Below, in pieces: positions 27,261 to 36,328 of a DNA stretch of 64,000 nt. The translations under genes and the position numbers were made by a program. Origin of the DNA: an uncultured bacterium (GTDB lineage: Bacteria; Patescibacteriota; Minisyncoccia; Phycocordibacterales; UBA11359); contig CAIKZC010000002.1 of assembly GCA_903831815.1 (NCBI GenBank), positions 7,244-71,243 on the forward strand, in the 5' to 3' direction. The number at the start of each line of letters is the position of its first letter. The first letter of the stretch is position 1. The notes under the pieces were generated by a model, which was given only the letters and a program-made list of their open reading frames with translations, had not been told where the DNA came from and made no database searches.

Positions 27261-28460
27261 TTATTTTTTACCTTTTTTCTTCGACGTTTTGCCGCGGAGA
27301 ACAGCATCGATCTTTCGAGCAATGGCAATCATATCTTTTTCTCTCTTGCCTCGAGTCGTTTCAGCCGCCGTACCCAAGCGAATGCCAGATGGGTCCATCG
27401 GACTTCGAGTTTCGTTCGGGATTGTATTCATGTTCACAATAATTCCGGCTTTCTCCAACAACTTGCTGGCCACGCTTCCGGCAATACCCTTGCCCATCAT
27501 CCAAGTGTCCATCAAGATCAAGTGACTGTCCGTACCGCCCGAAACAATTCTCCAACCGAGTTTTACCAACTCCTCTGCTAGCACTGATGCATTTTTCTTG
27601 ATCTGATGTGCATATTTTTTAAATTCGGGAGATGCTGCTTCTTTTAGAGCAATGGCAACGGCCGCAATCTGATTCATGTGCGGACCACCTTGCATACCAG
27701 GGAAAATAGCTTTATCGATTTTTTTGCCAAGTTCTCGTTCATCATTTTTGGCAAAGATCAAAGCACTACGCGGACCACGAAGAGTTTTGTGCACGGTCGT
27801 TGTCACAACATCCGCATAATCAAAAGGCGTAGGATACGCTCCTCCAGCCACAAGCCCGGCCACATGCGACATGTCTACCATCAAAATTGCACCAACACTG
27901 TCGGCAATTTCACGAAACTTTTTGAAATCGATAACGCGAGGATAGGCGGTAAATCCGGCGACAATTAGAGCCGGTTTTTCTTTTTCGGCCACCGCTTTTA
28001 TTTCTTCATAATTAAGCTGTTCGGATTTTGCATCCACGCCATAAGCGACTTGCTGCCAAGCTTTTCCGGAAATCGAAACTTTGTGGCCGTGAGTTAAGTG
28101 ACCACCATGCGAGAGGCTCATACCCATGATTTTGCCACCAAGCGGCACTAGAGCTAGATACACTGCAACATTGGCTGGCGATCCGGAAAGTGGCTGTACA
28201 TTAACATGCCACTTTGCCGGAGAAAGTTTAAAAAGTTTCAAAGCGCGTTTTTGCGCCAAAATTTCTATTTTGTCGGTAAAAGTTTGTCCGCCATAATATC
28301 GGTGACCGGGATACCCTTCGGAATATTTGTTAGTGAGCTCTGAACCGAGTGCCGCAAGCACATCAGCTGAAACAAAATTTTCAGAAGCGATGAGGTTGAT
28401 GACTTTTTTCTGTCTTTCCTTCTCAGCCTTCATAAGTTTACCGATTTCTTTATCTTTCAT
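27261..28460 (-). CDS. glyA: serine hydroxymethyltransferase
   Basis: PLP-site TTTVHKTLRGPRSALIF. N-terminus ...LIASENFVSADVLAALGSELTNKYSEGYPG. Confidence 0.9.
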   Translation of the reverse strand: MKDKEIGKLMKAEKERQKKVINLIASENFVSADVLAALGSELTNKYSEGYPGHRYYGGQTFTDKIEILAQKRALKLFKLSPAKWHVNVQPLSGSPANVAVYLALVPLGGKIMGMSLSHGGHLTHGHKVSISGKAWQQVAYGVDAKSEQLNYEEIKAVAEKEKPALIVAGFTAYPRVIDFKKFREIADSVGAILMVDMSHVAGLVAGGAYPTPFDYADVVTTTVHKTLRGPRSALIFAKNDERELGKKIDKAIFPGMQGGPHMNQIAAVAIALKEAASPEFKKYAHQIKKNASVLAEELVKLGWRIVSGGTDSHLILMDTWMMGKGIAGSVASKLLEKAGIIVNMNTIPNETRSPMDPSGIRLGTAAETTRGKREKDMIAIARKIDAVLRGKTSKKKGKK

Positions 28461-28516
28461 GGCAGTAGCGCACCGTGGCGCAAGTTATTGAATATGTGTA
28501 AAGTTTATCACAAAAA

Positions 28517-28548
28517 AAGAGGACTCCGTAGCTTGACGGAGTCCTTCT
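28517..28548 (-). terminator. rho-independent terminator after the 28583..28927 gene
   Basis: Minus strand reads AGGACTCCGTCAAGCTACGGAGTCCT followed by CTTTTTTTGTG. Confidence 0.6.
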
Positions 28549-28582
28549 TGCGTTTCGCGCCATCGCCCACCTAATCCTTGAT

Positions 28583-28927
28583 TTACCACTGCCAGGGCTC
28601 ATCGTCGGTAAATACGGTTTTACCCCCGCTCTCGGTTGTGGTTACCGAACGAACGTCATTTCTTGACGTGACAATGCGATGTTCAAGTGAAGACGGCGCC
28701 CAATCACTATCACTTAACCTCTGCATGTCTCCAGACAGTGGTTTGATGGCCGACTCAGGCAGTGCGACATCTGCATTCGAACTACCGCCGTTCGTAACCG
28801 GCGGGTTTTCAGGTGATGGTTTTAAACCATCCCGCGACAGATTTACCTGCAAAGATTCTGAGAAGTTGCTATCAACGCGACGACGACCGCTACTGCTTCG
28901 CAGTAAACAACCAACGTGATGCATCAT
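28583..28927 (-). CDS. GC-richer orphan hypothetical protein (114 aa, low-complexity, probably disordered)
   Basis: RBS GGAGGAAGACATC then ATG. Own terminator downstream. GC visibly higher than the neighbours. No domain recognised. Confidence 0.4.
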   Translation of the reverse strand: MMHHVGCLLRSSSGRRRVDSNFSESLQVNLSRDGLKPSPENPPVTNGGSSNADVALPESAIKPLSGDMQRLSDSDWAPSSLEHRIVTSRNDVRSVTTTESGGKTVFTDDEPWQW

Positions 28928-29039
28928 GATGTCTTCCTCCCAAAAGGTTTATCTAGTTCCAACTGTTCTGTAATTATAATAACTTTTAAAAACATTTCTC
29001 GCAACGTTACAAAAAAATGTCTTGTGATAGAATTAAAAA

Positions 29040-29546
29040 ATGATTTCAATTATCTCGGCTGTGGCAGAAAATGGAATTATCGGAAAAAACAACGATTTGC
29101 CTTGGAAAATATCCGCGGACCTTTCGTATTTTGCAAAAACCACCAAAGGCAAGCCCGTGATCATGGGTTTAAATACTTTCAAATCGATATTTTCACGCAT
29201 CGGCAAGGCGCTTCCCGGGCGAAAAAATATAGTTTTAGTTTTTGAAAAAGACCCGACACTGGTCGGATGCGAGCAAGTTAAATCATTGCAAGAAGCTTTC
29301 GATCTAGCGGGCGCAAAAGATCAAGAAGTTTTTGTGATCGGTGGAGCAAGCATCTACAAACAATCAATAGATTTTGCGGATAAACTATATATCACAAGGA
29401 TCCATGCTTCCCCGGACGGAGACACTTCGTTCCCTGAGATAAAAGAAAGTGAATGGAAAATTGTTTTGTCGGAAGATCACACCAAAGACGATACAAATGA
29501 ATTCGATTATTCATTTACCATTTATGAGAGAATTAGCGTAAAATAA
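29040..29546 (+). CDS. folA: dihydrofolate reductase
   Basis: MISIISAVAENGIIGKNNDLPWKISADLSYF..., VIGGASIYK, 168 aa. Confidence 0.85.
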   Translation: MISIISAVAENGIIGKNNDLPWKISADLSYFAKTTKGKPVIMGLNTFKSIFSRIGKALPGRKNIVLVFEKDPTLVGCEQVKSLQEAFDLAGAKDQEVFVIGGASIYKQSIDFADKLYITRIHASPDGDTSFPEIKESEWKIVLSEDHTKDDTNEFDYSFTIYERISVK

Positions 29547-29569
29547 ATATATTAGTTAACTTAACCACC

Positions 29570-30472
29570 ATGTACAAACAAGTAAGTGAACGGAAAGCAG
29601 ACAGCCAGTACCAGGATTTATTACGAAAGATCTTGAAGGAAGGGCGAAGTTCTGGAGTCATACAGGGCGAAGACGCGATTCGCATCATCGGATTACAACT
29701 TCGATACGATATGAGCAACGGTTTTCCGATGATAACCGAACGAGATATGTCCGGACCATTTCTTAAAGCGGCTCTCGGCGAACATATCGCTTTTTTAAAC
29801 GGCGCTCGCACTCAAGCAGAACTGGAAAAATTTGGATGTAAATTTTGGTCACGTTGGGTCACCAAAGAAAAATGCGCTATTTTCGGATTGCCTGAAGGAG
29901 ATTTGGGACCAGGTTCATATGGCGCTGCTTGGGCCAACTTCCCCACTTCAGAAGGCGAACCGTTCAATCAGATCACTCATTTAATGCAACAAATAAAAGA
30001 AAAGCCGTATCTTCGTACGCACATTCTCACACCTTGGATTCCTCAGTACACAATCCAGCACAATGGTTTAAATCGTAAGGTTGTTGTCGCTCCATGTCAC
30101 GGTTGGGTTCACGTCGTCACCTACCCCGAACAAAAAGAGTTTGCGATTCACCATTTCCAACGCAGTTCCGATATGCCGGTGGGAGTGCCATTCAATATAA
30201 TTCAATATGCCGCATTTGGTCTTATGTTGCAAAAATTGATCGGCTGGAAATTTGTTGAATACATTCACACTTTTTCAGATGGACATATTTATGAAAGCCA
30301 AGTAAAACACGTTGAAGAATTGTTGCAACGAGAACCGCGTAAACTTCCGACAGTTCGCATAGATGAAGAAGCTACTAAAAATATTACGGATATCAGAGAT
30401 TTCCGACAGGAACACTTTATTGTCGAAGATTACAATCCACACCCAAAAATGACCATTCCGACACCAGTTTAA
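29570..30472 (+). CDS. thyA: thymidylate synthase (ThyA family, divergent)
   Basis: Active site APCHGW and FQRSSDMPVGVPFNI (conserved R, S, D and N; Asn retained, so dUMP-specific). DLGPGSYGAAW folate-site region. Confidence 0.8.
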   Translation: MYKQVSERKADSQYQDLLRKILKEGRSSGVIQGEDAIRIIGLQLRYDMSNGFPMITERDMSGPFLKAALGEHIAFLNGARTQAELEKFGCKFWSRWVTKEKCAIFGLPEGDLGPGSYGAAWANFPTSEGEPFNQITHLMQQIKEKPYLRTHILTPWIPQYTIQHNGLNRKVVVAPCHGWVHVVTYPEQKEFAIHHFQRSSDMPVGVPFNIIQYAAFGLMLQKLIGWKFVEYIHTFSDGHIYESQVKHVEELLQREPRKLPTVRIDEEATKNITDIRDFRQEHFIVEDYNPHPKMTIPTPV

Positions 30473-30483
30473 TCCCAAAAAAA

Positions 30484-30936
30484 ATGATCGAGAAAAAATT
30501 CGTAAACACCAACAATACCCAAGATCGCCCTGATGGAAAATACAGCGGTGTTATTGCCGACATCCAAAAAGACGGCGTTTGTCCTTTTTGTGCCGAACAA
30601 TTAAAAAATTATCACAAAAATCCGATCATCGAGGAGACCGAACACTGGTTAGTGACCAATAATATGTACCCCTATAAGAACGCTAAACATCACATTTTAC
30701 TCATTCACAAGGTACATATAGAAAATATAAAAGAGATGAGCGAGAAAGCCTGGTCAGAACTTCACGCGATCTTTTTAAATGCAATTGAGCGATCAGATAT
30801 CCCGGGCGGCACGATGTTTATCCGCTTTGGAGATACAAAATTTACCGGTGCCAGCGTTTCGCACTTGCATGCACACCTCGTTTCATCTGATCCAGAAAAT
30901 CCTGGATACACACCACTCCTCACCAGAATTGGTTAA
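30484..30936 (+). CDS. HIT-family (histidine triad) nucleotide hydrolase/transferase
   Basis: Histidine triad HLHAHL near the C-terminus. Cys pair CPFC near the N-terminus. Confidence 0.6.
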   Translation: MIEKKFVNTNNTQDRPDGKYSGVIADIQKDGVCPFCAEQLKNYHKNPIIEETEHWLVTNNMYPYKNAKHHILLIHKVHIENIKEMSEKAWSELHAIFLNAIERSDIPGGTMFIRFGDTKFTGASVSHLHAHLVSSDPENPGYTPLLTRIG

Positions 30937-30938
30937 GC

Positions 30939-31763
30939 CTATTTAACCAAAATTATATCAATTTCGTATTGTTTAAAGAGTTTTTCCGCGTCTATCAAAG
31001 AGTAACCACTCGAATAGAAAACTTTTTTGATGCCGGCCTCTACGATAAGTTTGGCACAAACCGGGCAAGGAAAAGTTGTCGAATAAATTGTGGCACCATC
31101 AAGTGACACACCCTTTTTGGCTGCCTCGGCGATAATGCCGGCCTCGGCATGAATCGAGGTGTATAAATCGAGATGTTCCCCAGCATCAAAATTGTTGCGT
31201 GGATCACCATTTTCATACGGACTATTAGGTGACGGTAAGTGACGATTATACCTAGCAAAAAGCACTTTATCCCCTTTTACCGCTACTGCCCCAATTTGTC
31301 GCCACCAATCCGAACTCTTATCCGCCGCCGCAAAGGCCAACTTCATCATTTGTTTATCAAAATCTTTCTGAGAGATTACCCTATTTGGATCGATTATATT
31401 TTCACGTAGTGTAATTGGTTTGTCCCATCGTAAAAAAACTTTTTCAAAGGTTATTTGGCAGTCTGGTAAATATTTTTCAGCAAAGTACCTCATTAAATCT
31501 TCATCCGGCATGACAATTTCCGCATCTGGAGATATTTTGCCAATATCCTTTTTTTCCAACACTTCAATTTCGGAAACAATATTTAATCCTTCTATGGCTT
31601 TTTTCATATCTCCAGGAGCCACCAATCGAATTTCACGTTCCATGCGCGGAAATTCGAGAATTAAATCTCGTCCAAGCAAATACACTGTACCTGGGTACTT
31701 TTTTAACAAAGAAACGTAACCAGCATGCAATACCGGAATATAGGCAATAAGAATTTTAGCCAT
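30939..31763 (-). CDS. deoxycytidylate (dCMP) deaminase with an N-terminal extension of about 130 aa
   Basis: C-terminal CDA-fold zinc motifs HAE(AG) and PCPVCAKLI. The N-terminal 130 aa are unrecognised. Confidence 0.65.
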   Translation of the reverse strand: MAKILIAYIPVLHAGYVSLLKKYPGTVYLLGRDLILEFPRMEREIRLVAPGDMKKAIEGLNIVSEIEVLEKKDIGKISPDAEIVMPDEDLMRYFAEKYLPDCQITFEKVFLRWDKPITLRENIIDPNRVISQKDFDKQMMKLAFAAADKSSDWWRQIGAVAVKGDKVLFARYNRHLPSPNSPYENGDPRNNFDAGEHLDLYTSIHAEAGIIAEAAKKGVSLDGATIYSTTFPCPVCAKLIVEAGIKKVFYSSGYSLIDAEKLFKQYEIDIILVK

Positions 31764-31767
31764 ATGA

Positions 31768-32361
31768 TTATCCTTTTTTAATTTTCTCCAGAAAATCTTG
31801 AGTGAGTTTTACAACTTCGCTTGCCAACTCCTCTGCCCCTTCTATTGTCAGATTGCGAATGCGAGCAGTTGTTGAGGTGGTCGCTTGCGGCGGCATCGTC
31901 ACAATTTTTCCACAAACATCTTTATATTCCGATTTCATTTTTTCATCAAAATCACTTGTGCTAGAAGATGTTACCAACACATCTGGTCGAACCAAACGGA
32001 TCAAATCACCAATATCATGACTAGCCTCACGAACGGTAACAATATCAACATGACGTAAATGAACCAACATTTTCAGACGTTCCGTTTCAGGAACAATGGG
32101 ACGATTAGGGCCTTTACGGACTCGCGTTAGCTCATCCGAGTCTACACCAACGATAAGAATGTCTCCGTAACTTTTGGCAACTTCCAAATAAAGCGCGTGT
32201 CCTTCATGAATCAAATCCCAAACACCTTGAGTTAGAACGACTTTTTTCCCTTGTTTTTTGAAAGTTTCAACAAGTTTTTTTAATAGACCTTGGTCATTAA
32301 TCAATCTGTGTTGAAAATTTGTTTCTGGCGCGAGAATCTTTGCGGTGTGTTTAGGCGACAT
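31768..32361 (-). CDS. cytidylyltransferase-like nucleotidyltransferase (TagD/RfaE-II-like HIGH-motif family)
   Basis: TQGVWDLIHEGHALYLEVAKSYGDILIVGVDSDE matches the (T/H)xGH nucleotidyltransferase signature. Confidence 0.55.
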   Translation of the reverse strand: MSPKHTAKILAPETNFQHRLINDQGLLKKLVETFKKQGKKVVLTQGVWDLIHEGHALYLEVAKSYGDILIVGVDSDELTRVRKGPNRPIVPETERLKMLVHLRHVDIVTVREASHDIGDLIRLVRPDVLVTSSSTSDFDEKMKSEYKDVCGKIVTMPPQATTSTTARIRNLTIEGAEELASEVVKLTQDFLEKIKKG

Positions 32362-32394
32362 GAAAGGTATTGAATTATTATTAGCCTAATTATA

Positions 32395-33504
32395 TTAAAC
32401 TTTAAAGTGTTTAGCTAGTCTTGGACCGGATTGAACAATATAGTTGGAAGAAATGGCGTCATAAGACTGCGGCGGCATGCCGGTCATGCGTTCAAATTTG
32501 ACCTTAGCGATCGGTTGACCGTGACGAACTATCAAATCTTCGAGTGGACGCACCTCGAGCGTCAGCGGCCTGCCTTTACCCTCGGCTCGCACTCCCCAAC
32601 CCCACCCCGGATCAATAAAACCGGCGTAGTGAGAGCGAAATTCGGCGCTACGAACATCCATCGGGATCATTTCACAAGCGAGTTCCGGCGGTACGCGCAC
32701 AGCTTCGTGGGTAGCCAGAAGATAAAATGCGCCTTTTTTCAGATAAGCTAAACCGTTCTTTATTTCAATTTTTTTGAAGAATTTTTTGTGATCATAATGA
32801 TCGATCTGCGAGAGATCAACCACGTTGTCGGAAACAATTCCCTCATAACCCGGATTGTCTCCATCCAAATCCAAAGTCATAACGATGGCGCCATCCTTCT
32901 CGCTGACAGTCATATCTTCATAGTTATATGGTGTACCTTTGTTCTGATACCAAAGTAATTTGTAATTTTTGACCGCCACTTCGACTTCAAAAGGATTGAG
33001 TCGAGTGTCCATATTGAAAAAACGGATCTGGTTGAGCGAAACACCTTCGTATAATTTTATCGGAAAAGTTTTGGGAATGACGAAGATCCAAATCTCGCCG
33101 GTAAAACCCGGGGTCACCGAATCGTATCGCGCTACCCCGTCGGCGATAAGGCGCACATGCAAATCAATACGACCGGAAGTTGAGCGCGGATTTAGGAAAC
33201 CGTAGACCGAATGAGGTAATTCCAAAGTTTCTTTGAGACGAATTAAATAAATCTGATCATGTAAAAGCGGTTTGCTGATCGGATGTTTTTTCTTGTTGAT
33301 TTTCGATAAAATCTTTTTAATCGTTTCACCTTTGGCCGGTTGGAAAATACCATCCACGGAATAAATCTCGTCGGAAATAGTGAGGTCGAGTGAAGCCGGG
33401 CGCACATTTTCTTCTTTGGCATTTTGAATGAAGCCGGCGCGAATAAGCTCGATGATAGTCTGGCTTGGGAGCGTGCCTTTTCCGTTTAAAATGCTGACAT
33501 TCAT
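32395..33504 (-). CDS. long-form 2'-deoxycytidine 5'-triphosphate deaminase (DCD family, dUTPase fold, about 360 aa)
   Basis: VRPASLDLTISDEIY resembles the dCTP-deaminase substrate loop. Length and two-lobed repeat fit the 360-aa DCD family rather than the 190-aa Dcd. Confidence 0.45.
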   Translation of the reverse strand: MNVSILNGKGTLPSQTIIELIRAGFIQNAKEENVRPASLDLTISDEIYSVDGIFQPAKGETIKKILSKINKKKHPISKPLLHDQIYLIRLKETLELPHSVYGFLNPRSTSGRIDLHVRLIADGVARYDSVTPGFTGEIWIFVIPKTFPIKLYEGVSLNQIRFFNMDTRLNPFEVEVAVKNYKLLWYQNKGTPYNYEDMTVSEKDGAIVMTLDLDGDNPGYEGIVSDNVVDLSQIDHYDHKKFFKKIEIKNGLAYLKKGAFYLLATHEAVRVPPELACEMIPMDVRSAEFRSHYAGFIDPGWGWGVRAEGKGRPLTLEVRPLEDLIVRHGQPIAKVKFERMTGMPPQSYDAISSNYIVQSGPRLAKHFKV

Positions 33505-33552
33505 TATCCTTTAATCATAGGCCTATGGAAAGAAAAAAGCAAAAAAGGGACA

Positions 33553-33580
33553 AAAATAAAGCCGACACTTCTGTCGGCTC
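33553..33580 (-). terminator. terminator hairpin after the 33607..34095 gene
   Basis: AGCCGACA-GAAGT-GTCGGCT followed by TTATTTTTGTCCCTTTTTT on the minus strand. Confidence 0.5.
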
Positions 33581-33606
33581 TACTTCCATTTTTATGGAAC
33601 TCCATT

Positions 33607-34095
33607 TTATACGGCCAAACGCATTCGAGACTGACCTCGAACAAACTCCGGAAACAAAGGATGTTGAGTTTCATCATCTTTTTGCATCCTGGCAAGCTTG
33701 TCCGCCACCAAAGTGGCACCGTCGGTTCGTAAATCACGATATCGACGAAATTCAAAGCCCGGCTGACGAGTGTCAATGATGAGATCAGACACAAGAGATC
33801 CTTCGCGAGCAATAGCCAAACATGGCATACCCCTCGCCTCAACTTGTGTGGCCATTTCATAGCCAAGACCGGTTGCCGGATGATCACAGACTGCAACCAT
33901 CAGACAACATCTCATGACACAATCATGAATATCGTAACGATATATCTCGTAGGGAGGAAAATCTCCCAAACCCAAAAATGAAAGTACGGTGCAAAACGAC
34001 TTGACATTGATCTTGAAGCCCTCGATCTCCGCGCGAAATTCTGGCGGAGCATGAGTCAAACCACAACCAATATAAACCTTGCGATCAAAGAACAT
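33607..34095 (-). CDS. nucleoside 2-deoxyribosyltransferase-like / Rcl(DNPH1)-like deoxynucleotide N-hydrolase
   Basis: RBS AAAGGAG 8 nt before MFFDRKVYIGCG. VAVCDHPATGLGYEMATQVEARGMPCLAIA matches the catalytic Glu-containing GxGxExG(y)A motif of the NDT/Rcl superfamily. GC-richer than the neighbours. Confidence 0.55.
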   Translation of the reverse strand: MFFDRKVYIGCGLTHAPPEFRAEIEGFKINVKSFCTVLSFLGLGDFPPYEIYRYDIHDCVMRCCLMVAVCDHPATGLGYEMATQVEARGMPCLAIAREGSLVSDLIIDTRQPGFEFRRYRDLRTDGATLVADKLARMQKDDETQHPLFPEFVRGQSRMRLAV

Positions 34096-34177
34096 GGCCA
34101 GCTCCTTTTGTAAAAAGCCAAAGTTAAATCCTAAATATAATATAAGCCCAACTGAATAAAAAAGCAAAAAAGAGCCC

Positions 34178-34225
34178 CGGGTTTTGTTCGTCGCTTTCTT
34201 GCGACGAACAAAACCCGGGGTATAC
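34178..34225 (-). terminator. strong rho-independent terminator (21-bp perfect stem) after the 34228..34770 gene
   Basis: CCCCGGGTTTTGTTCGTCGC-TTTCTT-GCGACGAACAAAACCCGGGG. The minus strand continues CTCTTTTTTGCTTTTTT. Confidence 0.75.
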
Positions 34226-34227
34226 CC

Positions 34228-34770
34228 TCACCCGACACAACGAAGCAACTGGTCACAACCGAAAACAATCTTGCGATTCATGTCCCACCACTTGTCCCAT
34301 GGTCTGGCGACTTCAGCCTGAAGACAAAGCCGGCCATGATCATCTCCAAAGATCCTTAGGATGCAAGGATCGCTCGCCGAATCAAGGCGTTGATTCATGA
34401 CAAACCACAGGTCAATGCCCCTGTAAGTCGGCCGGCGGCTAAGGTGAACTGCGACAGCCAAAACGGCCTCGCTTGGACAGATCCGACCGCCTATACTTGG
34501 AATGTAACTCCAGATCTCGTGAGTGGCGGGGATGGATTCAAACAGCATATCGAGGCGAGCCGCAGCCAAATTGAGCGGTATCACACTTCGACACAGGCTA
34601 CTGAATCCCCTACTTTTGATCACGAAGTCGGCCTCCGGCAAAACATGAACGCCCACGGCATTCAAAATAAGTGCCCATTCATCCTCTGTTTTGTATGCCG
34701 CTTCGATCTGCATCCAAAACATTTCACGCGCACTTCTGACAGTACGTTTCTGGATTGTCATCTGTGACAT
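34228..34770 (-). CDS. GC-richer hypothetical protein (about 180 aa)
   Basis: RBS AGGAGG 7 nt before ATGTCACAGATG (MSQMTIQ...). Strong terminator downstream. No domain recognised. Confidence 0.45.
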   Translation of the reverse strand: MSQMTIQKRTVRSAREMFWMQIEAAYKTEDEWALILNAVGVHVLPEADFVIKSRGFSSLCRSVIPLNLAAARLDMLFESIPATHEIWSYIPSIGGRICPSEAVLAVAVHLSRRPTYRGIDLWFVMNQRLDSASDPCILRIFGDDHGRLCLQAEVARPWDKWWDMNRKIVFGCDQLLRCVG

Positions 34771-34884
34771 CGCGCATTCCTCCTGAAAAGAACTCCGTTT
34801 AAAATTCAAAACGATTGACGCTGACATTAATTAAACGTCCGCCAGATTACATTGTCAACGAATAAGTATTTAAAAAACAAAGTA

Positions 34885-34980
34885 AAAGAGCAGTTTTGAG
34901 GGACTCACGGAGCGCGACGGCGCGAGTGTGAAGGAAATTTCCAGCAGGAAATTTACCTGTGCCCTCAAAACTGCTCTTTT
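34885..34980 (-). repeat. structured palindromic repeat element, copy C (reverse orientation, 3' of rplK)
   Basis: Core identical to copy A over 68 nt. Outer 19-bp stem AAAAGAGCAGTTTTGAGGG / CCCTCAAAACTGCTCTTTT. T-run on the minus strand after the element. Confidence 0.8.
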
Positions 34981-35002
34981 ACTTTGCTTTCTACTCTTTT
35001 TA

Positions 35003-35428
35003 TTATTTAACCACCTCCACCCCCATCGATCGTGCCGATCCTTCAATGATCTTCATAGCGGCTTCAATATCGTTGGCGTTTAGATCAGGAAGTTTCTTTT
35101 CAGCTATTACACGAATTTGAGCTTTGGTAATCTTGCCGGCTTTGGTAATTTTGTTCTTGCCGGAACCTTTCTCGATCTTGATAGCCTTAAGAATCATGTT
35201 GGAAGCAGGCTCAGTCTTGTAGGTCATCTTGTAGGTACGATCCTCGAAAACTTCGATGATCGTAGGTACATTTTCACCGGCGCGAGCTTTGGTTTCGTCG
35301 TTAAAACGCTTGACGAATTCGCCAATGTTAATACCGGCCTGACCTAGAGCAGGACCGAGAGCTTGTCCGGGAACGGCTTTACCGCCGGGAATAATCAATT
35401 TTAATCTTTTTGTAACTTTTTTTGCCAT
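35003..35428 (-). CDS. rplK: 50S ribosomal protein L11
   Basis: MAKKVTKRLKLIIPGGKAVPGQALGPALGQAGINIGEFVKRFN... is the uL11 signature. Confidence 0.95.
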   Translation of the reverse strand: MAKKVTKRLKLIIPGGKAVPGQALGPALGQAGINIGEFVKRFNDETKARAGENVPTIIEVFEDRTYKMTYKTEPASNMILKAIKIEKGSGKNKITKAGKITKAQIRVIAEKKLPDLNANDIEAAMKIIEGSARSMGVEVVK

Positions 35429-35484
35429 AGAATTTTCGAAAAATATGTATAAATTTGAAGCGTAACAGTGAAAAAGAGTCTACC

Positions 35485-36030
35485 TTAAACCTTCTTAACT
35501 TGCAAGAAATCCAATTCGACTGGGGTTTCTCGACCGAACATTGAAACCAAGACTTTCACCTTGCCTCTTTCCTCATCAATACTGTTAACTGCACCTTCCA
35601 AATCCTTGAAAGGACCGTCGGAAATCATGACTCGGTCATTTATCGCCAAATTAATTGCGTGTTTGACGTCGCCTGAGTTCATGCGTTTAAAAAGAACTTC
35701 AAATTCTTTCTTGTCGATAGGCACAGGATAGACACCGGATCCAACGAAACCAGTGACGCGAGGCGTGTTGCGAACAACATACCAACTATCATCAGTCACG
35801 ATCATATCCACCAAAATATATCCGGGATATATTTTCTCTTCCTCTTCAACACGTTTGCCGGCTTTGACTTTGATTTTCTTTTCAGTCGGCACAAGTACGT
35901 TAAAAATCTTATCCCCCATTCCGAGAGATTCGATGCGCTGTTTCAAATTACGAGCCACGGCATTTTCGTATCCGGCATAAGTGTGGATGACGTACCAGTT
36001 TCGCTCGGCTTCAATTTGCTGTTTTGCCAT
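35485..36030 (-). CDS. nusG: transcription termination/antitermination factor NusG
   Basis: NGN domain WYVIHTYAGYENAV, KOW domain ...RVMISDGPFKDLEGAVNSIDEERGKVKVLVSMFGRETPVELDF. Confidence 0.9.
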   Translation of the reverse strand: MAKQQIEAERNWYVIHTYAGYENAVARNLKQRIESLGMGDKIFNVLVPTEKKIKVKAGKRVEEEEKIYPGYILVDMIVTDDSWYVVRNTPRVTGFVGSGVYPVPIDKKEFEVLFKRMNSGDVKHAINLAINDRVMISDGPFKDLEGAVNSIDEERGKVKVLVSMFGRETPVELDFLQVKKV

Positions 36031-36058
36031 AATATTTTATCTTAAGATAGTGTTAAAC

Positions 36059-36238
36059 CTATGAAATTAAACTTTTCAAAATTGTTGAAAAAATAGAGTC
36101 GAAGGCGCCGAGCAGGAATGCGACTACGGCCGAAAGAACAATGACCACGACAGTGTAACCAATGGCTTGAGCGCGAGTTGGCCAGTTAACATGTTTGAGC
36201 TCAGATCGAGTGTCTCTTATATATTCGGTGATTTTCAT
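36059..36238 (-). CDS. secE: preprotein translocase subunit SecE (59 aa; below the ORF-track cutoff)
   Basis: Manual translation: MKITEYIRDTRSELKHVNWPTRAQAIGYTVVVIVLSAVVAFLLGAFDSIFSTILKSLIS. Conserved secE-nusG-rplK order. Confidence 0.75.
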   Translation of the reverse strand: MKITEYIRDTRSELKHVNWPTRAQAIGYTVVVIVLSAVVAFLLGAFDSIFSTILKSLIS

Positions 36239-36328
36239 ATAATTTGCGGTTTTTTACTTGGTTTCTTTTACTAAAAAACCCCGCTGGGGGCTTTTAGTAC
36301 CATATCATATTGGTAGAAGAATTGCAAG

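Noticed and set aside
33504-33896. Overlapping 130-aa (-) and 84-aa (+) ORFs
   Set aside because: They span the terminator hairpin and the 3' end of the Rcl-like gene. No RBS. They read as shadow ORFs of the real 33607..34095 gene.
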